NCBI GenBank assembly: GCA_014905635.1
Contig: JABVCE010000040.1
Coordinates: 62,001 to 126,000, forward strand
Length of the DNA: 64,000 nucleotides
Direction of reading: 5' to 3'
Origin: Scenedesmus sp. PABB004
Taxonomy: Eukaryota
The translations under genes were made by a program, and so were the position numbers. Positions 1 through 13,381 of the stretch are shown piece by piece. How positions within the stretch are numbered: position 1 is the first letter of the stretch; every line of letters begins with the position of its first letter. The notes below the pieces were generated by a model. It was not told the DNA's origin. It did no database searches and saw nothing but the letters and a program-made list of their open reading frames with translations.

Positions 1-267
1 GCCATGGCTGCTGACAAAGGCGGAGCGCTAGTTCAGCGCGCTGTGACGGCGGCCGGGGCACGCGTGAGGCGCCCCTGGCTGAGATGCCGTGCTGGTGAGA
101 GGGGTGCCTGCGCGCATTAGGCCGCTGGCGATCGCGGGCGTGCGCATTCACGGGCTGCGCGTGGCGCTGCGATTGTCCAGGCGGGCCCGCGCCGGCGGCG
201 GTTCTGTTGCGTTCAGACGGCCGGTGACGCCGCGAGCAGCAGGCGGTCACCGCCGGCGCGGCGCGGG

Positions 268-2979
268 TCAGACGCCCTCGTCGCCCATGGTCAGCCCGGC
301 GTCCTTGTGCAGCCAGAAGCCGGCGGAGATGAAGACGTATGACAGTATCAGCAGCGCGCCCTTCAGCCAGTGGCTGGTGCCGTCCTGCGGGTGTCCGCGG
401 GGTGGCGGCGGTCAGCGCCGCGCGGCCGGCGCAGGCGCAGCGGCCAGCGCGGCGGCGCGGCGCGGCGAACCTGCACCAGCATCGCCGCGAGCAGCACGCT
501 GACGAAGAGCACGAGCGCCTCAAACTGTGTTTGTGTGGGAGAGGGGGGGGGTCACAGGGTCGAGGCGCAAGGGTTCAGGAAGGCGGCCGTGCCGACGCGC
601 GCCCCGCCGCGCGCCCCGCCGCCTGCCAGCGCCGGCCGCCGCGCGCCCAGCGCTCCGCCCAAGACACGGCCGCGGCTGCGTGCCGCGCGCGCGCCGCGTG
701 GGCCCACCTCATTGAAGTTCAGGTCCAGCGGCTGGCCCAGGGCCCACGCGAGCATGACGCACAGTGGGATGACCAACACGCCGATCTGTGTGCTCGACCC
801 TGACGTGGCGGTCACGACGTGAAGTGAGGCGGCGGTGAAGTGAGGAGGCGCCGGCGGCCGCGCCAGCAGCGGTCAGACAGGGACCGGGCCGGAGGGAGGG
901 GCCGAGCGCGCGCGGCGGCGCGCACCCAGCGCGACGCCCATGGCGATGTCCATGCGGTTCTTGATCGCAAAGCCCAGTGCGCTCGCGTGCTCCGCGGCGT
1001 TGCCGACGATCGGCACGACTGCGCGGCGCGGCGCGGCGCGGCGCGCGTGAGCGCGCGCGTCCGGGGGCCGCACCCGCACCCCCAGCGCGCGTCACGACCC
1101 CCCCCCCCCCCCAGGCCGCACCAATGGTCGTGAGGAAGGGCATCGGCACGTGGAGCTGGTGGGAGGCCTCGGTGATGGCCTCCATGATCGCGTCCGAGAG
1201 CCAGCTGATGGCGAGCGTGACCACCGTGAGCCACACGAAGCAGCCGACCCGCGACAGCACCGGCGCCTCGTCGCCCTCCTCAACCACCTCCACCGACGAG
1301 CGGGGCCCGCCGCCGACGAGTCGCGCCGTCTCGGCCTCACCGCCAGCCGCCGCGCCGCCCGCGCCGGCGCCGCCGCGGCCGCGGCCGCCGCCGTTGCCGG
1401 CGAGGGGGATGAGCTCGAGGTCGCGCTGCGGCTTGGCGGGGGACTCGGGGTCGCCGTCCGCGACGCAGCTGCCGCCGAGCGGGTCCGGGCGCGGCGCGGC
1501 GCCGCCCGCGCCGGGGCCGTCGTCCTCGTACAGGTGCCTGCGGCGGCGCGGCGCGGCGGCGGCGTGGCGCGGCGCGGCGGCGGCGTGGCGCGGCGCGCCG
1601 CACCCCTTGCCCGCAGAGGCGGCGCGCCCGTGCGCCGCCGGCCGCTGCCAGGTTCTGTGTCAGCGCGTGCGCGCAGCAGCAGCGCGGCGACAGCTAGCTA
1701 GCGCCGCCGCCTCAGGCACCCCACCTGTGTGTATAGAGCTGGAAGACCAGGAAGAGCGCGTAGCCCAGCAGCAGCAGCACCGACTCAAAGCGGCTCAGCG
1801 CGAGCTCCGCGGTCGCGTCGCTCACGCTGTCGGCCGTGCTGCTGAGCAGCGTCGGCAGCATGACCGCCACGACTGGCGCGGCGCGGCGTGGCGCGGCGCG
1901 CGGGCGGGCGGGCGGGCGGCGGCAGCAGCGGGGGAGGGGGTGAGGCAGGAGGCAGTGAGGCCCCGGCGGCGGCGGCGCGGGCAAGCGAGCGAGCGCGCGC
2001 GGAGGCGCGCAGCCGCGCACCGCAGAGCACGAGCAGGCCCGCGTTGACCGTGACTCCCTGCTGGTTGTAGCGCTGGCTGCTGTGCGCGAGCCCGCCCGCG
2101 AGGAAGGCGGAGCCGAGCACCAGCAGCAGGTTGCTGACCATCGACCCCAGCAGCGTGAGCTTGACCACGCGCAGCAGTCTGAGCGCGGGGCACGCGCGGG
2201 GTGAGCGCGGGGCGAGCGCGAGCGCCGGTGCGCTGCGCCGCGGGCCTCGGACCCGGCGGCGGCCGCGGGCGCGCGGCGCGCAGCGCGGCACAGCGTGCAG
2301 CGCGGCACAGCGTGCAGCGCGCCGCGCCGCGCAGGCGCGGCGCTCACCCCTTCCTGATGGCGAACGCGGCGATGATGACCTCGGTCGCGTTGCCAAACGT
2401 GGCGTTGAGCAGGCCGCCGAGGGTGTCGTTGTAGTACATCGCGAGCTGCTCGGTGATGAGGCCGAGGCGCTGCGCGGCGTGCGGCGCGGCGCGGCGCGGC
2501 GCGGCGGCGTCGGGAGGGAGGGAGGGAGGGAGGGAGCGAGGAGAGAGAGCGAGCGACAAAGCGGCGGCAGGCCCGGCGGCCTGGCGGCGGGCGCGCGCCG
2601 GGCGGGGCGCGCGCGCACCTCTGCGAGCGGGCACAGCGGCAGCAGCGCGAGCACAAACGTGACGCCCGGCGGCCAGGCCGCGAGCTGGGACGCCGCCGCG
2701 AGGGGCAGCAGCAGGAGCAGGACATTCATCTTGCTCGTCAGCAGCACCTCGCCCAGCTCCGCCCGCGCCTGCTGCAGCAGGCCGCCGCCGCCGCCGCCGG
2801 CGCCCTGCAGCGCGCGCAGGCGCGCCGGCGCGCGCGGTTGGCGCGCGTGTCAGTGCGCGGGCTGGGCGGCGGGCTGGCGGCCAGCGCTCGAGCGCCCGCA
2901 CCTGCTGCGACGCCCGCCCGGACAGCGACGGCCGGTGGGCCTGCTGCCAGGGGCCCACCGCCAGCCAGTCCGCCGCCAT
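268..2979 (-). CDS. CAX: Vacuolar Ca2+/H+ exchanger (CAX family), multi-exon
   Basis: Exons translate to [53 protein letters not shown] and [12 protein letters not shown], the alpha-1 and alpha-2 repeats of CAX. Stop TGA at 268-270. Start ATG 2979 is tentative. Confidence 0.93.
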
Positions 2980-3536
2980 GAGCCGAGTGGCTGGCGCTGC
3001 TCAGGCGCGGCGCATGCTCGCCGCCGGCGCGCCCGCAGCAGCAGCGGCGGCGCGCGCGGGCCGCGACCGGCGGTGCCGGCCGGCCCGCGGGCTGCTCCCT
3101 GGTGTCTCCAGGCACGTGAACAGCGTCGCTGGCACAGCGCCGCGCGGCTGGGCGGACGGTGGGCGCCGCTTGAGTCCGGCGCAGCCTGTGCTGCTGCTGT
3201 CGAGTTGCTGGCAACTGCCCCGGGCGCGTGCGCGAGAACAGAGAGAGCAGGGCTGCGGGCCAAAGTCACGGGCGTGCGGCGCTGCGCGGCCTGGGCGCCC
3301 GCCAGCGACGGGAGCGGTTGCCAGCAGCGGCGGTCGTCGCCCGGCGCAGGCCGTCGGCGGGCAAGGCGGGCAAGGCGCGGGCAGAGGCGGTTGCACTGCG
3401 CGCTCGAGAATGCGTCCGGGCAAGCTGGGACAAGACGGGCACGCCGGGGTTAACGACGCCCCTGCCCGGCCAGAACCCCAGCCGCCACGGTCGTCCGCCG
3501 GCGCGCCGTTCGCTCGCTGCTGCGCGCCCGGCCCCG

Positions 3537-5841
3537 TCACAGCGGCGACACCGCGCCGCTGCTGGGGTCCAGGCTGGTCACGCCGAGGCGCAGCAGGTCG
3601 TACGCGACAAACTGCACCGCCGCGCCGGGCGCGGTCTTGAGGCAGTTCACGCCCCAGCCGCGCCAGAGCTCGCGCAGCAGCCCGCGCTCGCTCGCCGCCA
3701 TGTGGCGCAGGCAGTGCAGGTAGCCGCGGTACCGCGTGGCCGTGCCGGGCGCGCCGTTGACCTGCATGCGGCGGGGTGCGGCGGGGTGCGGCGGGGCGCG
3801 GCAGGTCGGCGGGTGCGCAAACCCCCCGCGCCCGTCGCCGCGCCGCCGCGCCCCCGACGAGCTGCCGCCGCGCGTCGGGGCGCGCCTGCATGCGGCGGCG
3901 CAGCGTGTCGAGGGGGTACGATGCCGTCTGCGCCGCGATGCCCGCGCCCGCGCCGGCGCCGATCTTTGCAAACGGGTACCACCACGCCTCCTTGCTCTCC
4001 TTGCCGCCCGGCAGCTGCTGCTGCGCGGCGGCGCGCGCGGCGCAGGCGCACGGCGCGGCGCGGCGCGCGGGGGTCGGGCGCCCGGCGGCGCCGGCGCGCC
4101 GCGTGGCCGCCCTGCAGCTAAACCGCGCCCTGCAGCTAAACCCTGCCCCGGAGCTGGCCCTAAACCCCGCCGCCGCCGCCGCGCCTTGAGCGCGTCGTAG
4201 GCGCTGAAGCTGATGCCCATGTAGACCGCCACGCCCGGCAGGCTCATGCCGAGCCCCTGGTACCACCCGCGCAGGCCGCGGTCCGCCCAGGCCGACGCGA
4301 GGCAGCTGGCAATGCCGCTGTAGGGCCGCGCGCCGCCGGCGGGCGTCGCGTCGGCGGTGAGCCGCGTGCGCGAGAGGTCGAGGGGGTAGAACAGCAGCGT
4401 GCGCAGGATGCCTGCAGAGGGGCGCGGGCGCGGGCGCGGGCGGCGCGGGCGGCGGGCGGCTGCGTCAGCGCGGGAGCGTGAGGGGCCGCGGGCTGACTTG
4501 GGGCGCGCGCCGCGGCGGCGATGGCCACGCGCGGCCGCCGCCGGCGCTGGCGCGGCGGCGGCCGCGCACCCGTCGCCGCGCCGGCGGCGACCTTCTCGCT
4601 CACACCCAGCGGGCTGCCGTCCGGGGGCGTGAACATCAGGACAAACTGGTCGTGCACCGCAAACTTCAGGCCGACGTCGGGCACGAGGCGCGCGACGTTG
4701 GCGCCGTTGCCGCGGTACAGCGCCTGGCGTGGGCGCGCGCGCGCGGGCGGGCGGCGGTGAGGCCCGGCGGGCCGCTCGCCCGGCGCCGCCGCGCCGGCCG
4801 CGCCGCCGCGCCGGCCGCTGCGCCGCCGCCGCCGCCGCCGCACCCGCACGCCGCCCTCTCGCTGCGGTATCCGCCGCAGCGCGTCCACCAGCCCCTTGTA
4901 CCGCTCCCCCGCCGGCACGCTGGACATCTGCTGCACCTGCAGCAGAATCTGCGGGGCGCACGCGCGCGAGCGGCGGCGGCGGCGCGCTCAGCGCGCGGCG
5001 CACGCGCGCTGCCGCTCCCGGCGCCGCCCGAGGCCCCCTGCCGCCCGGCCGGCGCCGCGCCGTGCAGCCAGCCGCGCCGTGCAGCCAGGCGCGCCGCGCC
5101 GCTCGCCTCACCTTTACGCGCTCGAGCGGCGCGACCGCAGTCTTGGCGATCGCGCCCGAGCCGCCCGCGCACGCGAGCTGCACCGAGAAGCCGCGCAGGT
5201 TGTCGAGCGCGAGCGCGGTCCAGGGCTCGCGCATGCGGTAGCTGTGCGGCGCGGTGTCTATCGTGAACTCGGCCGCCTGCTGCGCCTGCTGCTGCTGCTG
5301 AACCGGCGGGGGCGGGTGCTGCTGCGGCCCGCCGCCCGGCTGCTGCTGCTGCTGCTGCTTGGGCATGGCGCCCGCGCCGGCGGCGGCGCGCCTGCGGCGC
5401 GGGGCTGCGGCCGCGGGCGGCGCTGCTGCTGCCGCGGCCACGCGGCGGCGCGCGCGTGCGGGGGCGGCGCCGCGGGGCGCGCGCGCATGCCCCGCCTGCG
5501 TGCGTGCGGGGAGCGGCGCAGGGGAAGAGAGGGTGAGGCTGCGTTGGCGCGGCGGCGGCGGCGTGGCGCGGCGCGAGCGGTGGCGGCGACGAGGCGCTGC
5601 GGCGCTGCCTGGCGATGCGCGGGGCGTGCGTGGCGCGGCTTTCAGGTCGTGTGGTCGCCAGCGCCGCGAGGGCGCAGCGGGGGGCGCGGGCAGGCCTGCG
5701 GACGTCGCGGGCAGGCCTGCGGACGCGCGTGGCGGGCGCCAACTGACGCGCGAGCGCGTCCTGTGCGAGCCGCGACATTTCCCGCACCCGCGCCGCGATC
5801 GGAGCGCTGCACGCAGCCCAGGCCTCCACAAAGCCCGCCAT
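3537..5841 (-). CDS. Mitochondrial carrier (SLC25) family protein, CoA/adenine-nucleotide carrier-like
   Basis: Three Px[DE]xx[KR] repeats: [28 protein letters not shown]. Also [15 protein letters not shown] and [14 protein letters not shown]. 5' end uncertain (ATG at 5841 or 5366). Confidence 0.85.
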
Positions 5842-6070
5842 CAATCCGCGCCCGCCCGCCAGGCCGGCGCTTGGCGCCCCACGCCCGCGCTGCGCCCTGC
5901 CGTTGGGCTGCCGGTAGACTGGAGGAGCAGCCCCGATCGGCCGCACAGCGCGAGCCGGGCCAGCCATGGCGCTAGCCTGACGCGAGCAGCGCACGCGGCG
6001 CGAGCGGCGCAGGCGGCGGCGCCGGGCGCCGGCGGGCGGGCGGGCGCCCCGGCGGCGCGGGGGCGGCGCG

Positions 6071-8366
6071 ATGGAGAAGGTGTGCGAGCGCCGCAGCACG
6101 CGCGCGCGCGGGCGCGCGGCGCGCGCGGCAGCGGCGCGCGGCAGCAGCACGGCGCGCGGCGCGCGGCGCGGGGGCGCCGCGGCGCCGCCCGCGCGCCCGC
6201 TGGCCAGGCGCCCGTGTGCGGCGCCCGGGGCCGGGCGCCGGCCCCGGGGCGCCGCGCGCCGCCGCGCGCGGTCGGTCGGTCGCGCCCGCGCTCCTCCGCC
6301 GCCGCCGCCGCCGCCGGGCGGCTCTCTCGACCCCGCCGACCAGCGCACGCGCCCGCGCAACTCCCCCGCCGCACACCGCAGTACGAGAAGATTGAGCGCG
6401 TGGGCGAGGGCACGTACGGCGTGGTGTACAAGGCCCGCGACACGCGCAGCGGCGCGATCGTGGCGCTCAAGAAGATCCGGCTCGAGCAGGAGGAGGAGGG
6501 CGTGCCGTCAACCGCGATCCGGGAGATCGCGCTGCTCAAGGAGCTCGCGCACCCAAACGTCGTCACGTGAGCGCGGCGTCGCGCGCGCCTGCGCGCGGGG
6601 CGTGCTCAGAGTGTGCTGCACGCCGCACGCAGCGCCGCCGCCGCCGCGCGCGTGCGCACCCCCACCCCCCACCCCGACCCGCGCCCCGCCCCGCGCGCTG
6701 CCCCGCGGCGGCGGCGGCGCGCCAGGCTGCACGACGTGATCCACGCTGACCGTCGGCTGTACCTGGTGTTTGAGTACCTCGACCTGGACCTCAAGAAGCT
6801 CATGGACGGCCTGCCGGGCTTCTCAGCAGACCACCGGCTCATAAAGGTGAGAGAGAGTGCGCGTCTGTGCGTGCGTGTGTGTGTGGGTGGTGTGTGTGGG
6901 TGGGTGGGTGGGTGGGTGGGTGGATGGGTGGGTGGGTGGGTGGGTGGGTGGGTGTGTGGGAGGGGGGGGGTGTGTGGCGACGGCGTGTGAATGTGTGCGG
7001 GCGGGCGGCGGCGTGTGCGGGCGTGTGGGCGCGGCGGGGCGCCAGCTCGCGGCGCCACGGCTGCGGCGGCCTCAGCTCCGCGTCGTCCCCGCCCCCGCCC
7101 CCGCCGCCCTCTCCCCCCAGCTGTACCTCTATCAGATGCTCTCGGGCATCGCCTACTGCCACTCGCGGCGGTGCGGCGCGCGCGGGCGGCGGCGTGCGCG
7201 CGCGCCGCCGCCTCCCCACCCACTCGCCCGCACCACCCCCTGCCCCGCCCCCTCAACACACCCGCCCGCCTCCCACTCACGCCCGCCGCCGCCGCGCCGC
7301 TCCCGCCCCTGGCCGCGTGCTGCTGCAGCATCCTGCACCGCGACCTCAAGCCCCAAAACCTGCTCATCGACCGCCAGCACAACGCGCTCAAGCTCGCCGA
7401 CTTTGGGCTCGCGCGCGCGTTTGGCATCCCCGTGCGCGCCTACACGCACGAGGCGCGCCCCGCGCCGCCGCCGCACCCCGCCGCCGCTGGCTGGGCCGCC
7501 GCCGGGGGGCGTTGGCCCGCCGCGCCCGCCGCCGCCGCGGGCCCGCCGCCGCCGCGCTCACGCTCTCAAGCCTCCCTCCCACCCGCCCCACCCGTCCCCC
7601 GCCCGCTCCCGCTCTCCCGCTCTCCCGCTCCCCCTCCCGCTCTCCCGCTCTCCCGTGCGCGGCGCGCAGGTGGTGACGCTGTGGTACCGCTCGCCCGAGA
7701 TCCTGCTCGGCGCCAAGACCTACTCCACGCCCGTGGACATCTGGAGCATCGGCTGCATCTTTGTGGAGATGATCAACCACCGCCCCCTCTTCCCGGGCGA
7801 CTCGGTGCGCGGCGCGGCGCGGCACGCGCCGCCGCGTCGCCGCCAGCACCCCGCGCGCCGACAAAAGGAGCGTTTTGACACGCAACAAAACTGCGTGAAC
7901 CGCCCCACCAAAACCCCGCGCGCAGGAGATTGACGAGCTGCACAAGATCTTCATGAAGCTCGGCACGCCCGACGAGGCGGTGTGGCCGGGCGTGCGCAAC
8001 CTGCCCGACTGGAAGGACACCTTCCCCAAGTGGCGCCCCGTGTCGCTGCAGGCGCGCAGCAGGGCGGCGCGCGCGGCGGCGCGCGCGGCGCCCCCGCCCG
8101 CCGCCCTCCTGCGCGGCGCCTGCGCGGCGCCTCCTCCGCGCGCCGGGCCCGGCGCGCGGCGCGCGGCGCGCGACCTGCCTGGCCGCCGCCGCGCGGCGCC
8201 GCGCTTGCAGGAGATCGTGCCCGCGCTCGACCCGCTCGGCCTGGACCTGCTGGGGCGCATGCTGATGTACGACCCCCAGATGCGCATCACCGCGCGGCAG
8301 GCGCTCGGGCACGCCTACTTCCACGACATCGGCGACGCGACGGCGCAGCCGCTGCGCCTCGGCTGA
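6071..8366 (+). CDS. CDKA1: Cyclin-dependent kinase A (PSTAIRE, cdc2 orthologue), 8 exons
   Basis: A 9-nt first coding exon (MEK) splices to [75 protein letters not shown]. Stop at 8364-8366. Confidence 0.97.
6884..6960. repeat. (GT)n/(GGGT)n simple repeat in a CDKA intron
   Basis: GGGT tandem units seen directly. Confidence 0.85.
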
Positions 8367-8652
8367 CGCGGCGGCGGCGGCGCGGCGCGGCGCGGGGCGG
8401 CGCGGCGCGGGGCGCGGTGTGGAGAACCCCGGCGGTGCGGTCAACCGCGACTCAGACGGACGGCCGCCCGCGCCGCTCGACCCCCGCCAGCTTCGCAGCC
8501 CATGCCGGCGCGTGTGAGGCCGCGCGCACAGCAGTATGCCAGGCCACAGAGACGCGCCGCGCCGCCGAGCGCAGCAGCAGCGGCGGCCCACGCCGCGCCG
8601 CGCCGCGCCGCCATGAGCTGAGCCGGGCCCCGACGACAAACCAGCCCGCGCG

Positions 8653-11600
8653 ATGGCGGAGAGCAGCGACGATCCCTTCGGCGCCTGCACGGCCGGCCCT
8701 GGCGGCTGGGGCAGCGGCGGCGCAGCGCAAGCGTTCGCGCTCGACAACTTCCTGGGCCGCAAGCCCGGGCCGGATGTGAGGCTTGAGGGCCGGCCTTTCG
8801 TGCCGGGGCCGTGGCGAGGGGCCCGCCCTGATTGGCGCGCCGCCCCGCCGCGACGCAGGGAGCGCACGCCGGCGCGCGCAGCAGCGGCGGCGCGCGCGAA
8901 ACGCTCGAGGAGGGCTTTGCCTGCGCCCACGAGCTCGCGGCGGCGCTCGCGGTGCGCGGGGGGCTGTGGCCCTCGACCTCGGCAGCATAGCGCAGCACGC
9001 GCGATGGCGGCCGGCGTGGCCAGGCCCGCGCCGCGCTGCGCACCGCCGCCCGCCTGACATCGGCCGCGCAGGTGGTGGAGGCGCGGCGCAAGCTGCCGCC
9101 GGTGCTGAACGACCGCGCGCTCTTCACGCGCGCCGCGCCGTTTGGCGACCGCGCGGACCTCGCCTACCACGCGCCGTCCAACCGCATCGGGTCGCACCTC
9201 TCGCCCGCCGCCGCCGCCGCCGCGGGCGCGCTGTTCGAGGAGTTCCCGCAGGCGCGCGGGGCGCCGCTGCTGCCGCGCGGCGCGCACGCCGCGCCCGCGT
9301 GGTGCCCGGGCGCTCAGCGGCGCCACTGCCGCAGGACCCGAGCGCGCCGCGCACGCGCGCGGGCCGCCACCGGCCGCTTGGCGAGGTGCGCAGCCCCCAC
9401 AGCAGCAGCCGGCCGCTCAGCCCGGGCGCGAGCGGCGCGCTGTCGCCGGGCGCGACGGCGACGCTCGGCGGCGGCCCCGGCGGCAGCCCCCCGGGCGTCA
9501 AGGCGCGCGCGGCCGCCGCGCTGAGCAGCAGCGCGCCGGCAGCGGCGCACCGGCAGCTCAGCCAGCGGGCGGCGCCGGCGGCGTCCGCAGGTGAGCAGGC
9601 GCGCGCGGCGGGCGCGCGCGGCGGGCGCGCAGCGCCGCTGCGTGGCGCCGCGTGACCCCGCCCCCGCCGCGCCCCGCAACAGGTGCGGAGCGGCCGCGCG
9701 CGTCAGCGGCGGCGGCGGCCGACGCGGCTGGCGTGGTGGACGCGCTGCTGCGGTACAGCTACTACGTTCAGCTCGGCGTGGACTCCCGCCACGTGGCGCC
9801 GTTCCGCGAGGAGTGGCTGGCCGCCGCGCTGGCAAGCGTCCCCCGCGCGCCGCCGCCGCACGTCAGCGAGGTGCGCCCAACGGCGTGGGCGGCGGCGCGG
9901 GCGGCAGCGGCCAAGAGCCGCCAGCTGCCGGCCGGCCTGACCGCCCGCCGGCCGCCGGCCGCCGCGGCAGGCCTTTTACGAGGAGTTTATGGCGGCCGCG
10001 GCCGAGGAGGTGCGCCGGGACTACGGCCACGCGATGGCCAAGGCGGTGGTGGACTACGTGCTGACCAGCCCCCTGGAGCGGCAGCGCCTGGGCCTGGAGG
10101 GCCTGGAGCCGCTGCTGGTGCCGTGCGGCGGCCGCGGCCGCGGCCGCGACGGCCCGCTGCGGCCGCCGCTGGGCCTGCCGTCGCACGCCGCGGTCGTGGC
10201 GCGGCGGCTGCCGCCGGGCTGGCGCGAGCACGTGGCGATGGCCAGGCGAGCGGCGGGGGCGCGCGCGGCGCGATCCCCGAGGGAGCGGAGCGCGGCCGGC
10301 CGGCAGCCGTACGCGGTTGTGGCAGGCGGGCATCCAACCGCGCCGCCGTTGCCGCCGCAGGGAGGACATCTCCTGGACGCTGCAGACTCTGAACCGCGGC
10401 GCGCTGGAGCTCGGCCGGCTGTGGCACGACGGCGGCTACGCGTCGGCGCGGCTGCTCGACGTCGCCAGCCCGGAGCTGCTGGAGCGGCTGCCGGTCAGGG
10501 TGCGTCAGCGCGCGCAGCTCCGCTGGCAGCCGCGCTGCCGTGCCAGCTGGGGCACGCGCCGCGCGCGCCGCCGAGCTCGCCACCGCCGCGCCGGCGCAGG
10601 CGGAGTGGTTCCGGCAGTACCAGCAGTCGGCGACGGAGCAGGTCCGGGGGCAGCTGCTGTCCCACTGGGTGCCCAAGTGCGTGGACGTGTTCCGGCGCCA
10701 CCCGCCCGTCCCCATCAACAACGACAGCGCGGCGTTCTTCAGGCGCGGCGCGCCGCCTCGGCTCTGCGTGGCGCAGCCGCAGCGCGACGTGGCGGACGCA
10801 GGGGCGGCTGCGGCTAGCAGCGGCACGGCAGGGGCGCCGCAGCTGAGCCGCTGGCACCGCCGTCGCACCGCAGGTCGGTGGCGACGCTGCAGAGCAACCA
10901 GCTGCGCGGGCTGGTCGCCAGCTCGCTGGCGGACCTGGCGGCCTTTTTCGCGGCGTACCGCGCTGCGCCCTCAGCGCCAGCGGAGCAGGGCCCAGGCGCC
11001 CGCGCCGTGTTTCAGACGGAGCTGACGGCCGCAGCCGGTGCGGGTGCGGCGGCGGCCCGCCGCGCGCGCGCGAGCCGCCGCGTGCCTGTGCCGCTGCGTG
11101 CTGCGCGTGCCGAGCCCCGCCGCGCCGCCGCGTGCTGGGCGCGCCTTGGCCGCAGGCGCGGTCGGCTTTGAGCCCTCCTTTGCGATGACCACGGCCGCGG
11201 TGCTGTCCGCGCTCGAGGGCGCCGTCGCCGCGGCGGCGGGCCTGCCGCGCATCAGCCCCGCCGCCATCAGCACCAGCAGCCTCGCGCCCCTGCCGCCGGC
11301 GGCGGGCGCCGGCGCGCACGCGGCGGGGGCGGGCGCCATCCCCAGCACTGCCCTGGGCGAGGCGGCGGTGCAGGCGGTGGCGCAGGTGCGGGCGCGCGGG
11401 CGCGCGGGCGCGCGAGTGCGAGGGCGCCCGGCACGCGGCGCCGCCCTGCTGCGCAGCGCGGGCCCACCGGGTGCGTATCCCTGCGCCCGCGCCGCGCGCA
11501 GGACGTGGTCGCGGTGCTGCAGGCCAACACCGCGGCCCCGCTGGCGCTGGCGGCGGCGTTTGAGCCCTTCCTGTCGCTGCTGGCCCTTGAGCCGGCGGAG

Positions 11601-13148
11601 CACGCTGCCAGCTTTGCCGCAGGCAAGCCGGGCCGACTCACTCGGTGCTGCGCGCGCGGCGGTGCGACCGCGGCTCACGCCCCCGCCGCCCGCCACCCCC
11701 GCGACGCGCCGCAGCGGCCGGCGGCGCGGCGGCGCCCGACCTGGAGGCGTTTGGTGCCGAGGTGGCGCGCCTGCAGGCGGCGGCGCGCGCGGTGCGGCTG
11801 CTGTGCGACGACTCCGTGCACACAGGTGGGTGGGGGCGTGCCGGCGACCTGGGGCGGCGCGCCGCCTGCCTCGGCCAGGGCGCCGGCTGGGCCGCCCGAG
11901 CCGCCGCGCTGGTGCCCCCCCCCCCCCCGAAACCCTGAACCCCGGCGCCCGGCGAGCAGGGCTGTTCCAGGTGGAGACCCGGCGCCTCAAGGACGCCCTG
12001 GCCGCGGCGGCGGAGGCCGCGGCGCACGCGCTGCTGGATGTTGTGTGCGCCGCGACGCGCGACGCCAACGTGCGCATCGCCCACGAGTTCCAGGTGCGCC
12101 GGCGACCGGCCGCGTCCCGCGCGCGCGCTGTGCCGCTGGGCCGAGCCCGCTGCCGCGCCGCGCCGCGCCGCTGACTCCGTGCGTCACGCCGCGCCGCCGC
12201 CGCCGCCGCGGCCAGGCGATGACGACCGCGCTCGCGCGGCCGTGCGGCAGCGGGGAGGAGGTGCTGGCGCTGAAGAAGCTGGTCGGCCGCGCCGCGCTCG
12301 ACAGCGAGCGGCTGGGCGAGGGCCTCGCCGCCTGCAGGGCGCGCGACGACTTCCTGCTGCGCCACCGGTGCGGGGCGGCGGCGGCGGCGGCGGGCGCGGC
12401 GGCAGACGGCGGCGCCCTGCTGCAGTGCCGCCGCGCTGCGGCCTGGGCCGGCGCGTGAGCCCGTCGCACCCCCCGCGCCGCGCGCCGCAGGTTCGCCGTG
12501 CCCGACGACGACGTCGAGGCGGCGCGGCGCGCGCAGGGCGGGCCGAGGCGCTTTGCCGAGGCGCTGCGGGAGGCCGGCACGCGCGCGGCGGCGGAGCACC
12601 GCGCGTTTGAAGGCGGGCTCAAGGAGAGGCGCCGCGCGCTTGAGGCGCGCGTCGCGGCCTGCGCGGCGGAGCTTGCCGGCGTCGAGGCGCGCAGGGACGC
12701 CGTGAAGCGCGAGGTGGTCGCGGCGCAGGTGCGCGGCGGGGTGCGCAGGGCGCGCGCGCGGATGGACGGGACGGGCAGAGGGAGAGAGGCGAGGGGGCAG
12801 GGGCGGCGCGCTCGCGGCTCGGCCGCCGACGCCGGCGCGCCCTCGCTGCGCGCGGCGCACGCGCGCGCCAGGTCACCGAGCTGCGGGCCAAGCTGGCGGC
12901 AGCGGTGGCCGAGGCGGAGGAGATCAACGGCCAGGAGAAGATGTTTGGCTTGGCGCCCACCAGGTGCGCCGCGCCGCGCGGCGCCAGCTGCCTGCCCTGG
13001 GCCGGTCCAGGCGCCGCGCGCGTCGCACACACTGACGCCTCCGCCCGCGCCGACGACGCCCGCGCCCACGCCCGCGCCGCGCCCGCGCCGCAGGTTTGCG
13101 CACGTCGCCAAGCTCGCGGCGACGCTAGAGCCGTACGCGGGGCTGTGA
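8653..13148 (+). CDS. Axonemal (inner-arm type) dynein heavy chain N-terminal tail only; no motor domain (truncated gene or pseudogene)
   Basis: RYSYYVQLGVDSRHVAPFREEW...EEVRRDYGHAMAKAVVDYVL, SVATLQSNQLRGLV and EINGQEKMFGLAPTRFAHVAKLAATLEPYAGL resemble the DNAH7/DNAH3-type N-terminal stem (recalled similarity). Ends at TGA 13146-13148 with TGTAA at 13186-13190. Confidence 0.75.
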
Positions 13149-13217
13149 CGGATGGCCGCCGCGGGCGGCGCGGCGCTGGCTGCGGTGTAAGGGCTGCATC
13201 CGCCCATCTGCCCCGCC

Positions 13218-13381
13218 CGCGCACGCTTTCAAGCGGGCGCCGCGGCGGCGCTGCGCCGCTGGCGCTCAAGCGGCGGCAACTGCGGCTGCGCTGCGCGCCC
13301 GATCTTCATGACTGTGCGCACAGAGCAGGCGGGCCTCGTCAACTCAGCACGCAGCAGGCGCTGCAGCCTTGGGCGCTGCCC
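13218..13381. repeat. Direct repeat copy A: diverged copy of the THI4 3' UTR
   Basis: Aligns by eye to 17702-17885 and shares the exact block GGCCTCGTCAACTCAGCACGCAGCAGGCGCTGCAGCCT. Confidence 0.9.

Noticed and set aside
3537..5841. Mitochondrial carrier as a TPP carrier belonging to a thiamine cluster
   Set aside because: Substrate cannot be assigned by eye, the motifs look more like CoA/adenine-nucleotide carriers, and it is 12 kb from THI4.
13146..13148. TGA read-through (Trp/Sec) or a GT donor extending the dynein gene
   Set aside because: An in-frame TAA follows at 13188-13190, no downstream dynein exons exist in the window, and TGA is a normal stop in the other genes.
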